A stretch of DNA of 63,237 bases, counting the filler, from Octopus bimaculoides (taxonomy: Eukaryota): assembly GCF_001194135.2 (NCBI RefSeq). It is 5 parts of 4 records of this genome, joined end to end, with 100 filler letters (N's around TTAATTAATTAA, not from the genome) between each part and the next. Parts side by side here need not be neighbours in the genome. Positions count along the whole stretch, not along the records: positions 28,474 to 55,552 come from NC_068982.1; positions 55,653 to 57,720 come from NC_068994.1; positions 57,821 to 61,815 come from NC_069001.1; positions 61,916 to 63,237 come from NW_026314733.1; 1 more part is not named here. One strand, 5' to 3'. The notes under the pieces were generated by a model, which searched no databases, had not been told where the DNA came from, and saw nothing but the letters and a program-made list of their open reading frames with translations. Every line of letters begins with the position of its first letter. The first letter of the stretch is position 1. Below are positions 52,297 to 62,896 of the stretch, piece by piece. The position numbers and the translations under genes were made by a program.

Positions 52297-52709
52297 TGTG
52301 TGTGTGTGTATACACACATTTACATACACGCACACACACAAGCACGCACACACATGCAGACACGCACACGCAGTCACATGCAGACACGCACACGCATGCA
52401 CACACACATACACATATACATGCACATACTCACGCGCACACACATACACACGCATACATACATTCACTGACACGTTCAAACACACACACATCCCCACACG
52501 CACACACGAACACATACACATACATATACAGAGAGAGCGACAGACAGACAGACAACAGCGACAGAGAGAGAGTGGGACATCTACAGGCACCCATCCACAT
52601 GCCCCCCCCCACACACACACACATATTCACATTCCTAAACCGTCTCCATACACATGCTAACAGACACACACACACATATCCAAACCCACCCATTCACATA
52701 TCCTTCAGA

Positions 52710-52937
52710 CTACTTCTCAAACACCCTTCTACAGCCCCGAGTACTACCGAACACATACGCGCATGTGCAAAAACACACAACCACCCATACATACACCTGT
52801 CACCATACCTGATGACCCCTGACTACCTCTCAAACATCCTTCCACTGTCCCGTGTACTACTGACCACATACGCGCATGTGCAAAAACGCACAACCACCCA
52901 TAGATACACCTGTCACCATACCTGATGACACCTCAAT
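52710..52937. repeat. 113-bp minisatellite, at least 2 copies, running into an N gap
   Basis: catacgcgcatgtgcaaaaac at 52754 and 52867. Confidence 0.85.
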
Positions 52938-53299
52938 NNNNNNNNNNNNNNNNNNNNNNNNNNNNNNNNNNNNNNNNNNNNNNNNNNNNNNNNNNNNNNN
53001 NNNNNNNNNNNNNNNNNNNNNNNNNNNNNNNNNNNNNNNNNNNNNNNNNNNNNNNNNNNNNNNNNNNNNNNNNNNNNNNNNNNNNNNNNNNNNNNNNNNN
53101 NNNNNNNNNNNNNNNNNNNNNNNNNNNNNNNNNNNNNNNNNNNNNNNNNNNNNNNNNNNNNNNNNNNNNNNNNNNNNNNNNNNNNNNNNNNNNNNNNNNN
53201 NNNNNNNNNNNNNNNNNNNNNNNNNNNNNNNNNNNNNNNNNNNNNNNNNNNNNNNNNNNNNNNNNNNNNNNNNNNNNNNNNNNNNNNNNNNNNNNNNNN

Positions 53300-53450
53300 G
53301 TAACTTAGCGGTTCGGCCAAAGAGACCGAGAGAATAAGTACTAGGCTTACAAAGAATAAGTCCCGGGGTCCCTTTGCTCCACTAAAAGCGGTACTCCAGC
53401 ATGGCCACAGTCAAAAGACTGAAACAAGTAAAAGAGTAAAAGAGAGTAAA
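53300..53450 (+). mobile_element. SINE family B 3' tail
   Basis: gtaacttagcggttcggc..gatagaataagtactagg..ctccagcatggcc.cagtcaaa.gactgaaacaagtaaaaga. Confidence 0.8.
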
Positions 53451-53517
53451 GAGTATATATCTGGAGGTTATATAGTAACAAATGCTAAAGATATCAAAAA
53501 AATGCATCGCAGTGTAT

Positions 53518-53549
<32 letters not shown>

Positions 53550-53859
53550 TATATAAAATTTATAGGCGGTAATTAGTAATTTTTCATTGCTTTCTAAACG
53601 CACGTTTTCTAAACATAATTGCGTTTCATCTTATAGTCCTACGTTTTCTATTATTGACGTGCGAGCTTCATTCATTTTACATGTCATGCGAGCATTCTTC
53701 CCATATGAATGTTATATATATACTTACACATATACACTGTAGAACATGATACAATAATATAAACCGATGTAAAACATGCTATCTGAAAGAGAGTGTGTTC
53801 GCACTAGTATATATACATATGTATGTATGTATGTATGTATTTATGTTTGTCGATGTGTA

Positions 53860-54170
53860 TGCGCATGTATGCACGCTCCTTTGTCTTGGTGTCTGAGTTT
53901 CCCCACACCTATTATTAAACCGGTGTTGTTTTGCTCACGTCTGTTTGTCTTAGCGTCTATGTTTGTCTCCCACCATTTGACAGCCTAAGTTGGTTTGCTC
54001 ACGTACCCATGACGTAGTGGTTCGGCAAAAAAAAAGAGATTGATAGAATTGGTACCTTATTCAAGCACTGGCGGCCGATTCGTTCAACCGAACCCTTCAA
54101 GGTATTGTCCTAGCATGGCCGCAGTCAGTGACTGAAAGTAGTAAAATCATAAAACATAAAAGACAAAGAA
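53860..54170 (+). mobile_element. SINE family B 3' half, diverged
   Basis: gtggttcggcaaaa..gatagaatt..ctagcatggccgcagtcagtgactgaaa. Confidence 0.65.
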
Positions 54171-54229
54171 ACATGTTATGCTTTCTTTCAAGGACCTCTT
54201 TTCACAATCATCGGAGCGTGAAGCGTTCA

Positions 54230-54400
54230 TCACGAACGCAGGTTCGTGAGATGGTTGTGATCTGTAAACAGTTTTAGATTCGGAATCGGAAAAAGAAGTA
54301 TGAACACGCAATGCGCACGTGCGCACAGAATTCGTAAAACGGAAGAGAAGTATAAAAACGCAATGCGCATGTCAAAATAAAATGGAAGAGTAGAATAAAA
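54230..54400. promoter_or_regulatory. CpG-rich motif cluster (8-bp hairpin, TGCGCACGTGCGCA palindrome, CGGAAG, TATAAAA)
   Basis: Hairpin 54230-54249; 14-bp palindrome 54312-54325; imperfect direct repeats; function unproven. Confidence 0.3.
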
Positions 54401-55230
54401 CACAATGTCAAACAAGTTATATGATGGTCGGCATACCACGTCGAACACTACTATCATGCAGCTTTGCTAAAATTTTCTTGTTTAATGTCATATTGATCCA
54501 TTTTAAAACTTGGTTAAATTTCGTTTCTGTTTTGTGCGCTTTTACTGAGCATTTCATCTACTGCGTCTCACAATTTATTAATGTAATAAACACCGAATAC
54601 TACATTGTTGTCTGCAAAAGTATTTGGCTTTCCTGTGGTTATCTAATCTTTGTTTCCGTAGTAAATTCTCGTTATTTAAAGCCTCTTTAGTTCATTACAA
54701 TTTAAAAGCGCTCGTCAAGAGGGATTTGGTTATCGACATTTTCTGTCTATGAGGACACTCATTATTTCCGCTCATGTTTAGGTATTTGTTTGTTTTTGCT
54801 GTATATTGTAATACTGCATGTGCTCCGCATTGTTTTCACATATATATCCCGTCACTTACTCTGTCTGTCTGTCTGTCTGATTCTGTGTGTGTGTATATAT
54901 ATATATATATATTATATATATATATATATATANNNNNNNNNNNNNNNNNNNNNNNNNNNNNNNNNNNNNNNNNNNNNNNNNNNNNNNNNNNNNNNNNNNN
55001 NNNNNNNNNNNNNNNNNNNNNNNNNNNNNNNNNNNNNNNNNNNNNNNNNNNNNNNNNNNNNNNNNNNNNNNNNNNNNNNNNNNNNNNNNNNNNNNNNNNN
55101 NNNNNNNNNNNNNNNNNNNNNNNNNNNNNNNNNNNNNNNNNNNNNNNNNNNNNNNNNNNNNNNNNNNNNNNNNNNNNNNNNNNNNNNNNNNNNNNNNNNN
55201 NNNNNNNNNNNNNNNNNNNNNNNNNNNNNN

Positions 55231-55308
<78 letters not shown>

Positions 55309-55481
55309 TATATATATACACATGCTGTGATGCTGTGAGCGCTTGTGCGTTGGTGTGTATTTTAGTATTAGTATGTGTTAGTGTGCGTTTGCATGTGTAT
55401 TTGAAGAAATAAAGAAAATTATAGATACATACTAAGTATATACTAAAATGCACACATATATTCATATGATCATATACAACA

Positions 55482-55516
<35 letters not shown>

Positions 55517-55552
55517 TGTATGTACATGTATGATATGGAAGTGTGTGTATAT

Positions 55553-55652
55553 NNNNNNNNNNNNNNNNNNNNNNNNNNNNNNNNNNNNNNNNNNNNTTAA
55601 TTAATTAANNNNNNNNNNNNNNNNNNNNNNNNNNNNNNNNNNNNNNNNNNNN
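55553..55652. other. Artificial 100-bp unsized scaffold gap
   Basis: 44 N + TTAATTAATTAA + 44 N. Confidence 0.9.
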
Positions 55653-55687
55653 TATATATCTTTTACTCTTTTACTTGTTTCAGTACA

Positions 55688-56604
55688 CAGGGTGCAATGG
55701 TTATATTGTCACCATTTTATATTTTTAATTTCACACATCAACATTGTTTGTTTTTGATTTTGTTGACTATACAGTATAGTAGGGTCAGTTGGGTGCTGTT
55801 TGAGAAAAATGGCACCATGATGCAATTCACTCTACCAGAAATTTGGAAATGACATGCTGTACTGCTTGGCATTCACACCAGAAGCTCCAATACGAACATT
55901 TCAGAGTGTTTGGGTGTCAATCTGAGAACAGTGCAATCTGAGGACATGTACAAACGGATGCCAAATAATGATGATGATGATGATATATATATCATTATCA
56001 TCATCATTAGGGTCTGCTTTTATATCCAGTCAACATCATAGTGTTTCGAGTGATCACTAGTGATAGGACGTTAAGCCTCCATTCATCTTCCCACACAGCT
56101 TCAGACTCAACACAGAGGCCTACATCAACTGCCTGGAGGAAGAAGTGCTGCCCTGGGTCAAGTGGGTGGCTGCTGGAAGACCCTATGTCTAGTAACAGAA
56201 CTCTGCACCATGCCTCACAAGCAGAAGAACCCAGTCATGGCTGTCAGACAATTTCTGCCACCACATCACCCCTAACATCTGGACACCTAACTCCCCAGAC
56301 TGCAATCCCATTGATTATTATGTGTGGGCGCAGTTGAGTGAGAGACCAACAAAACTCCTTGTAACACCAAAGATGAACTGAAGGCAAAGATTATGGCAGC
56401 ATTCACCAACTTAAACAAGGAGACCAACCAGAAGAGTTGCAGGAGGCCATGGTTGAAGCCAATGGTGATTTTATTGGATAAATTTACTCTTTAGTATTTC
56501 AAGATATTTTTATGTAATTTTGTTAGATTTATCTGTTAAAATGAGATGTCAGTGTTATTTTCCTTTTTGTGTAATTCAGATGACAGTTTATTCACTGCAC
56601 CCTG
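55688..56604 (+). mobile_element. Internally deleted DD37D (maT-type) mariner with both TIRs
   Basis: TIRs cagggtgcaatggttatattgtcacc / gatgacagtttattcactgcaccctg; HTH piece MQFTLPEIWK*HAVLLG..ISECLGVNLRTVQ; catalytic piece Q[N]SAPCLTSRRTQSWLSDNFCHHITPNIWTPNSPDCNPI[D]YYVW with 37-residue spacing. Confidence 0.85.
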
Positions 56605-57347
56605 CATAGCCATCTAAGAATACATTAATCAGAAAAAAATGCACTTGTATATTTGTCAACAGAATGGATATATTAATCAAAGAGTACAGCATTATATATC
56701 CATTATGGCCGATTTTATCGAGTGGTTTGCACAAGGGGTTCAACGGAGTGTTAGGTAACAGTCTGATTATGTAACCTTGTGCTCTTCAGGGATGGCTGTT
56801 ATGGAATGAAATATGGTGACTTCTCTCTATTGTTGGAGCTGAACAGACACAACCACTTTGTGATTGCTATGAAAAAGAGATGAAACAAACCATGCAAGTG
56901 TTAAGTTTAGTACTAACACACCATCTCTGGGAGTGTTGCAAAGCGACAAGAGTTTTCCGGAAAAGAGTATATGAGAACTGTGTATGATTTAGGTTTGGTA
57001 TTGTTGTAGAAATGGAATGTGTGTTGTGGTATTATATGTGCAGTGTTTCTGAGATGGGGGCAGCAAAGGCCGCATACACATCTCTGTTCGTTAGTGTATT
57101 TTTTTCTCTTATGTTCTGGTTAAAACCTTTGGTTAAATTTTTTGGAGCATTTATGTATGCATGAAGTGTGTAGAGGTACAATATGTGTAGGGGCTTATAT
57201 TGAGGGGTGGGGGTGGAAAAGGGATATCCACCATGTTAGTGTGTGTGTGTGTTTGTGAGTGTGCTTGTGTACATTCTGGTCAATCTCTTTGCCAAATTCC
57301 CAGGTATTGGTGATGGGAGGGCTGAAGATTGGGGATGGTGATTATAG

Positions 57348-57440
57348 TCATGACGGAGCATGCAGGTATGATAGGACATTCTTCTTTTCATGTGGACAGG
57401 TACTAAAAATTTCACTTCTGCTGTTCAGGTGTGAAATCTC
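57348..57440 (-). mobile_element. Penelope-like (Naiad/Neptune-type) ORF C-terminus
   Basis: LNSRSEIFSTCPHEK (57428-57384) resembles the PLE terminal LN.RSE..S.C.H motif. Confidence 0.5.
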
Positions 57441-57611
57441 ATCAAAAGTTGTAAAATATAAAAACAAAAGAGAGCTACATGAGCTGTAAAATTCTTTTGA
57501 TTATTTATTTTATTATAAACAACATGAAATATAAAAATTCATTTCTTACCCACACTGTCAGTCTTTGAAAGACATATCACCATGTTCTAGAAAATATTAA
57601 ATAACTACTAC

Positions 57612-57680
<69 letters not shown>

Positions 57681-57720
57681 AATTAAACCTTGGGAGAGGC
57701 ATTATGCCAGTAATAAACAC

Positions 57721-57820
57721 NNNNNNNNNNNNNNNNNNNNNNNNNNNNNNNNNNNNNNNNNNNNTTAATTAATTAANNNNNNNNNNNNNNNNNNNNNNNN
57801 NNNNNNNNNNNNNNNNNNNN
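57721..57820. other. Artificial 100-bp unsized scaffold gap
   Basis: 44 N + TTAATTAATTAA + 44 N; lies about 500 bp downstream of the last visible TRPC exon. Confidence 0.9.
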
Positions 57821-57864
57821 TATATATATATATATATCTTTCTCTTTCTCTCTCTCAATATATC

Positions 57865-57916
<52 letters not shown>

Positions 57917-58345
57917 ATTATCTAGGTAACTAGGTATCATACCTTTCTCTCTCTGGATCTTTCTGATTTGTCGGACACCACTTGTCTTCTTAACGAAACA
58001 CTTTCAAACTTGGGACACTAGTAGAATGTGTCATATAAAACATCTTTTACTCTTAGTGTTTTTGAGTAAAACCCGGGGATGTTATTCTGTTATTTTGTTA
58101 CTTGATAGACCACCGAACAGGTCTTAAGCCATTCTCGCATGGTTCGCGTAGTTAATTGGTTCAATAGTAAACCAATTGAGAAATATATAATAAAAAAAAA
58201 TGAAACAAAACCAGTCCGTGTTCTCTTGTTGGTGTTATGACCCACCCCAAGATTCAACAAAAGGATTCCGCATCAAGGATTTTGTAAACCATATAGAAAA
58301 AAACAAACAAAATATATAAATATATAAATGAAGAAAAATAAATAC

Positions 58346-58664
58346 CTTGAATTCTTTTTCGACTTCAGCTAATTTCTGCATTTCCTGTCGAAGTTCAAAT
58401 GTTGTCATAATCGGGTCTGGACTGGAAAGCGCCATATAAGCAGGACTGGCAAGGGACCTGTAAGCGTTCAGACGTGATCGCGATCTTTTGAGAGAATCAT
58501 AGTTCTGTTTTGTCACACATCCCGTACATTTACAAGAAATCGGATGAGGTTTTTCGATGGTGTGGTTACGTGACAAAAACATCTGTATAATCTCATGATT
58601 ATTGTAGTGCGCTGCCAAGATGAGAGGAGTTATGTCCGGCGGGAATTGGCTTTTTTCCTCTGTT
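58346..58664 (-). CDS. TRPC: TRPC-family cation channel, internal coding exon (ankyrin repeat 4 and TRP_2 domain), 319 bp, phase 2 to 0
   Basis: ttttacAG|a aca gag..; TEEKSQFPPDITPLILAAHYNNHEIIQMFL..KPHPISCKCTGC..DSLKRSRSRLNAYRSLASPAYMALSSPDPIMTTFEL..LAEVEKEFK|GTattt. These are hallmark TRPC motifs; the exact orthologue is not determined. Confidence 0.95.
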
Positions 58665-58778
58665 CTGTAAAAGAGACACACAGACAAATAGATACATGCA
58701 CACACGATATATGTATATAGGTATTTGAAAAGGTGAATCGAAAGCGCTTACACGCTGGGGGGCGGGGGACTTTCTTAC
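58665..58778 (-). other. 114-bp GT-AG intron of the TRPC gene
   Basis: ttcag|GTAAGA donor and ttttacAG acceptor; splicing restores the frame (ag|a = Arg). Confidence 0.92.
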
Positions 58779-59110
58779 CTGAAAAAGGCCTCACCGCCGT
58801 CCATCTTACGCAGCTTGTTTTCCCCAGCCATGAAAGTCGGATGTTCTATAATGATCTTGACGATTTTCGTTCCTCCTTTGCTGATAGCATGCAATAGAGA
58901 TTCTTCAATGCAATTGAAGTTAACATTGTCCAAGAGGATCTCAATAACATCCAACTTTTCACTGTCAATAGCCAGGTGTAGTGCACTGCGGCCCATATAG
59001 TCAACGCAGTTGACATTAAATAGCATTTCGTTCTCCTCGATTGACTGGCGTACAACTCCTACATCTCCCAGCGTAGCTGCATTCAAAAAGACGCGTTCTT
59101 CATCTGTCAG
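58779..59110 (-). CDS. TRPC: TRPC-family cation channel, coding exon (ankyrin repeats 1-3), 332 bp, phase 0 to 2; 5' boundary inferred
   Basis: LTDEERVFLNAATLGDVGVVR..FNVNCVDYMGRSALHLAIDSEKLDVIEILL..EESLLHAISKG. The track's start at 59086 is TTG. An in-frame TAA lies about 85 nt upstream and the first AG after it is cctcAG at 59111-59112. Confidence 0.88.
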
Positions 59111-59239
59111 CTGAGGACGGTGACAGAACGACCACGAATAAGGCAGCAGCGACAGCGGCGTGTTGTTGTTGTCGTTGTTGTTGTGATCAAGCGTTTATGT
59201 GGTTTCGTGTAGAACCGCGAAGCATAGTACAACGTCATG

Positions 59240-59780
59240 TACAGCAGTGTAGAGTCGTATTGAATAACGCGGTGTCATTCAGAGCAGTGTAGCGTGTTGT
59301 AGATTGATGTAGAGCGGTGCAGCGTTTAGTGTGAGGTTGAAGGTAGCATTTGAATGTGGCGTGTGAATGTGACGTTTGAATGTAGAGTTTGTATGTGTCA
59401 TTTGAATGTGGCGTTGGATGTGGTGTTGAATGTGACAATGGACGTGGTGTTCGAACGTGGAGTTTGCATGTGACGTTTGAATGTGGCATTTGAATGTGGT
59501 GTTGAATGCCGCGTTGGATGTGGTGTTGAATGAGGCGTGGGACGTGGCGTTGAATGTAGCATTGAATGTGAAATTGAATGTAGCGTTGAATGTGGCGTTG
59601 AGTGTGGCGTAGAATGTAGCGTTGAGGTTGACGTTGAGCGCAGTGTTGAATGTGACGTTGGTATAAACGTTCGTTTGATATCAAATTGGCGTTGATGTAA
59701 ATGTTGGTTTGGCGTTAGCGTTGGAGCAACATTGGTGTGAGATCGGTTTAGCGTTGATGTGAAGTCGAATATGACATTAA
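59240..59780. repeat. Degenerate 12-bp minisatellite (tgaatgtggcgt) just upstream of the TRPC exon
   Basis: Repeated tgaatgtg(g/a)(c/t)gt units, clearest at 59330-59660. Confidence 0.85.
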
Positions 59781-60798
59781 ATTGGCATTTGTTTGGTGTT
59801 GATTGTTGATTCGATGGATGAGATATGAAAAACAAAGAAATGAATACATGAATATATTAGATTATTAAGTAATGCAGATATAATTATATTGTTTTTAATA
59901 ATGAAAGCGTTTATAGAGAAAGAGAGAGGGGGAGAGAAAGAGAGGGGGAGAGAAAGAAAGAGAGAGAGAAAGAGACAGGCAGACAAAGATAGACAAAAAT
60001 AGAGACATACATGTGCACAGACAAACACGCAGATAGGCATTTAAATATAACTACAAATGTAAACACACACACACGCACGCACGCACACATACACGTGCGA
60101 ATACATCTTCTCTCAGAATGTTACGCGTTACACTAATTTCCTTTCCTCAAGACATGCCAGACCCTCCGAAATTCCGTCAAATTTGGTACTGATGCGATGT
60201 TTTCAATATTTCCATGGTTTCGCTTTTCCGTCTCGCCAATCACTTTTCAATAATATCCATAATATCAGTGATCCTCCGTCCATCATCCGTAGAACCTGGA
60301 GAAAGCCATAGACTGACTAAACCCGTGGCGCGGTATCGACCTCCAACTCCCGCCACCAGGTAAATCCATTTCACCTTCAAAGCGAGTGATTAGCAGAAGC
60401 AACAAAATACTTTGTGGTGCTTACTTCTATCCTTTTGTATCGTGAGTTCAAATCGCGCTCGGTTAGACTTTGTCTTTCATCCCTCTAGAGGTTCATGAAA
60501 TAAATACCAGTTTTATTCAAGTTCTTAACGACGCTAACAACGCCACAGGACTTTATCAGTTGAGAGAGTGGCTGTTGTTTGTAATTAAGCGTTTGACTTG
60601 GTGAGTTGGTTGAGCTGTCGATGCACACAGCGAAGTGTGTGCATCTATTCACCTCTGTATGTATGTATGTATGTATGTATGCATGTGTGTATGTATATAA
60701 ATGTCTATCCCTCTATCCATCTATCCCCCCATCTCCCCTTCTCTCTATCTAGGTGGTTTCCTTCTCTGTTATATTTCTTCATATTAATCCCTGTTATA

Positions 60799-60850
<52 letters not shown>

Positions 60851-60887
60851 GAAAAACATACACACATACATACATACATCTATATAC

Positions 60888-60932
<45 letters not shown>

Positions 60933-60952
60933 TATAAATAAATAAATAAATA

Positions 60953-60990
<38 letters not shown>

Positions 60991-61592
60991 TTGTACAAAC
61001 TCTATTCACGCAAACACACGCACAAACACACATACATGCAGGCATACACGCAAACACACACACATGCAAACGGCTGATGTCCTTGAGTTATAACGCGCAC
61101 GCGCACATCTGTGTTTGCGTATGTGCGTGTGTATATGTTTGTGTATATACCGAGTTAAAAATAGGTGTTAACAATTATATTCAGGTAAAATTAGTGAAAA
61201 GTCACAATAGATATTCTCGTTGATGTTTACTGAGGGAAGTACTAAAGGATTTAGCAAGAATTTCGGCAAGAATTTTGCCAATTAACTCCACTTTAGATCA
61301 ACTTACGTTCACTTTTTCTTTGCTTGACGTCACAAAGTCATTCCTGTGTGATTAGTGTGTCGAACCTTCCTTTGTGTATGTATGCGTGTGTGTGTGTGAG
61401 TGTGTGTGCATGTGAGTGTGTGTGCATGTGAGTGTGTGTGCATGTGAGCGAGTGTGTGTGTGTGTGTGTGCAATGTACATATATGTATGTATGTATATAT
61501 AATGAAAAGGACTGAGAGTTTTAAATATATATGCATATGTATATATATATATGTATGCATACATGGATATATACACATATATAATATATATG

Positions 61593-61633
<41 letters not shown>

Positions 61634-61815
61634 GTATACATGGGTATATATACACATATCAGAGGTGCAATCTGTGTGGGTGTTTTTTCAAAACACTGTC
61701 TGGTTTAAAAAGCCACATCAGACGCCATGAAAGGGCTAAGGTGTAGGTGCAGGAGGTGGTCAAACTCTGTTTAAGGAGTAGACAGCCACCATATACACAT
61801 ATTATAACATATATA

Positions 61816-61915
61816 NNNNNNNNNNNNNNNNNNNNNNNNNNNNNNNNNNNNNNNNNNNNTTAATTAATTAANNNNNNNNNNNNNNNNNNNNNNNNNNNNN
61901 NNNNNNNNNNNNNNN
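61816..61915. other. Artificial 100-bp unsized scaffold gap
   Basis: 44 N + TTAATTAATTAA + 44 N. Confidence 0.9.
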
Positions 61916-62069
61916 AGGCCTTGCGCCTACCGCAGAAAGGATTATTCAAGGAGTCCTTTATACTCTGGGCTGAAATTCAACAAAGGAAAACTCAGCTGGG
62001 TAAGGACTAATTGCTTCTACTATGCTGGGCTGTGCTCCAACTTGTCCTTGGCAGGCTTTGGTTTTAATA

Positions 62070-62305
62070 CAGGGTGTTCAAAAAGTCTCTCTGCAGTGAA
62101 TTTTTTTACATCCTGCGCATCACCATGGTGCTACTTCAAGAGTTTTTCAGTGAACAGATTATTTCAAAGGGACTTTGGTCACCAAGATCACCTGATTTAA
62201 CATCGCCAGACTTTTTTTTCTAGGGAGCAAGTAAAGGATCAGTGTACAAGAATCACTCGAAAACCATTAAATAATTACTGCGGAGAGACTTTTTTGAACA
62301 TCCTG
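62070..62305 (+). mobile_element. 236-bp Tc1/mariner deletion derivative (MITE) with TIRs and TA target duplication
   Basis: TA|cagggtgttcaaaaagtctctctgcagt ... actgcggagagactttttgaacatcctg|TA; internal SKGLWSPRSPDLTSPDFF (WPPRSPDL motif). Confidence 0.85.
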
Positions 62306-62896
62306 TACTACAAAGACACAGGAAATCTCTAGAAACTTGTATGGCTTGATATTTCTGCAAACTGAATGGTCAAGAATCAGGGTGTATCACCTGACCTGGA
62401 ATACAGACAGAACCCAGGTATCGAGATTATGAGGTTTCAATTCTAGGTCTCACTATTGTAGCATTGGTTGTCAGGGAACATGAAGCACAAACACACACAC
62501 ACACTCACACATGCACTTTCACATAGCCAACAACACAAAAACCCTTAGGAAACATGCAATGTTAACATTTGCAGTTCCATCTAACCTATGTTTGAATATT
62601 TTTTGAAACTGTCAATATACTTTCATTTTTTATATATTTTTTCCAGAAAAGAAACACGACAACAACTACCAGCAAATTGGTGAGTCAATATTCCATTGTG
62701 ATATTTTTACATTCATAATTATGACAGGATGGTCGTGGTTGGAACACCTTTGATCATAGGTTTGCTGGATCAAAGCTGACCTGGGGCTAAACAAGGAAGG
62801 ACACATTAAAGAACATAATCCTAGATACGTTATGTCTAAATAAAAGGTGACATAGTAACAGCAACAAACATGCCCACACACACACACATATATATA

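Noticed and set aside
52084-52320. Duplicate of about 93 bp on either side of an N gap
   Set aside because: The copies are identical and flank the gap directly, typical of unmerged contig-end overlap
59235-59835. His/Gln/Thr-rich ORFs as a TRPC N-terminal extension
   Set aside because: Different frames from the channel, 13-bp units shift the frame, and an in-frame TAA separates them from the exon
30-61708. Most ORFs in the supplied track (YIYI, HTHT, CVCV, LSLS, X-runs)
   Set aside because: Translations of microsatellites and N gaps with no protein-like content
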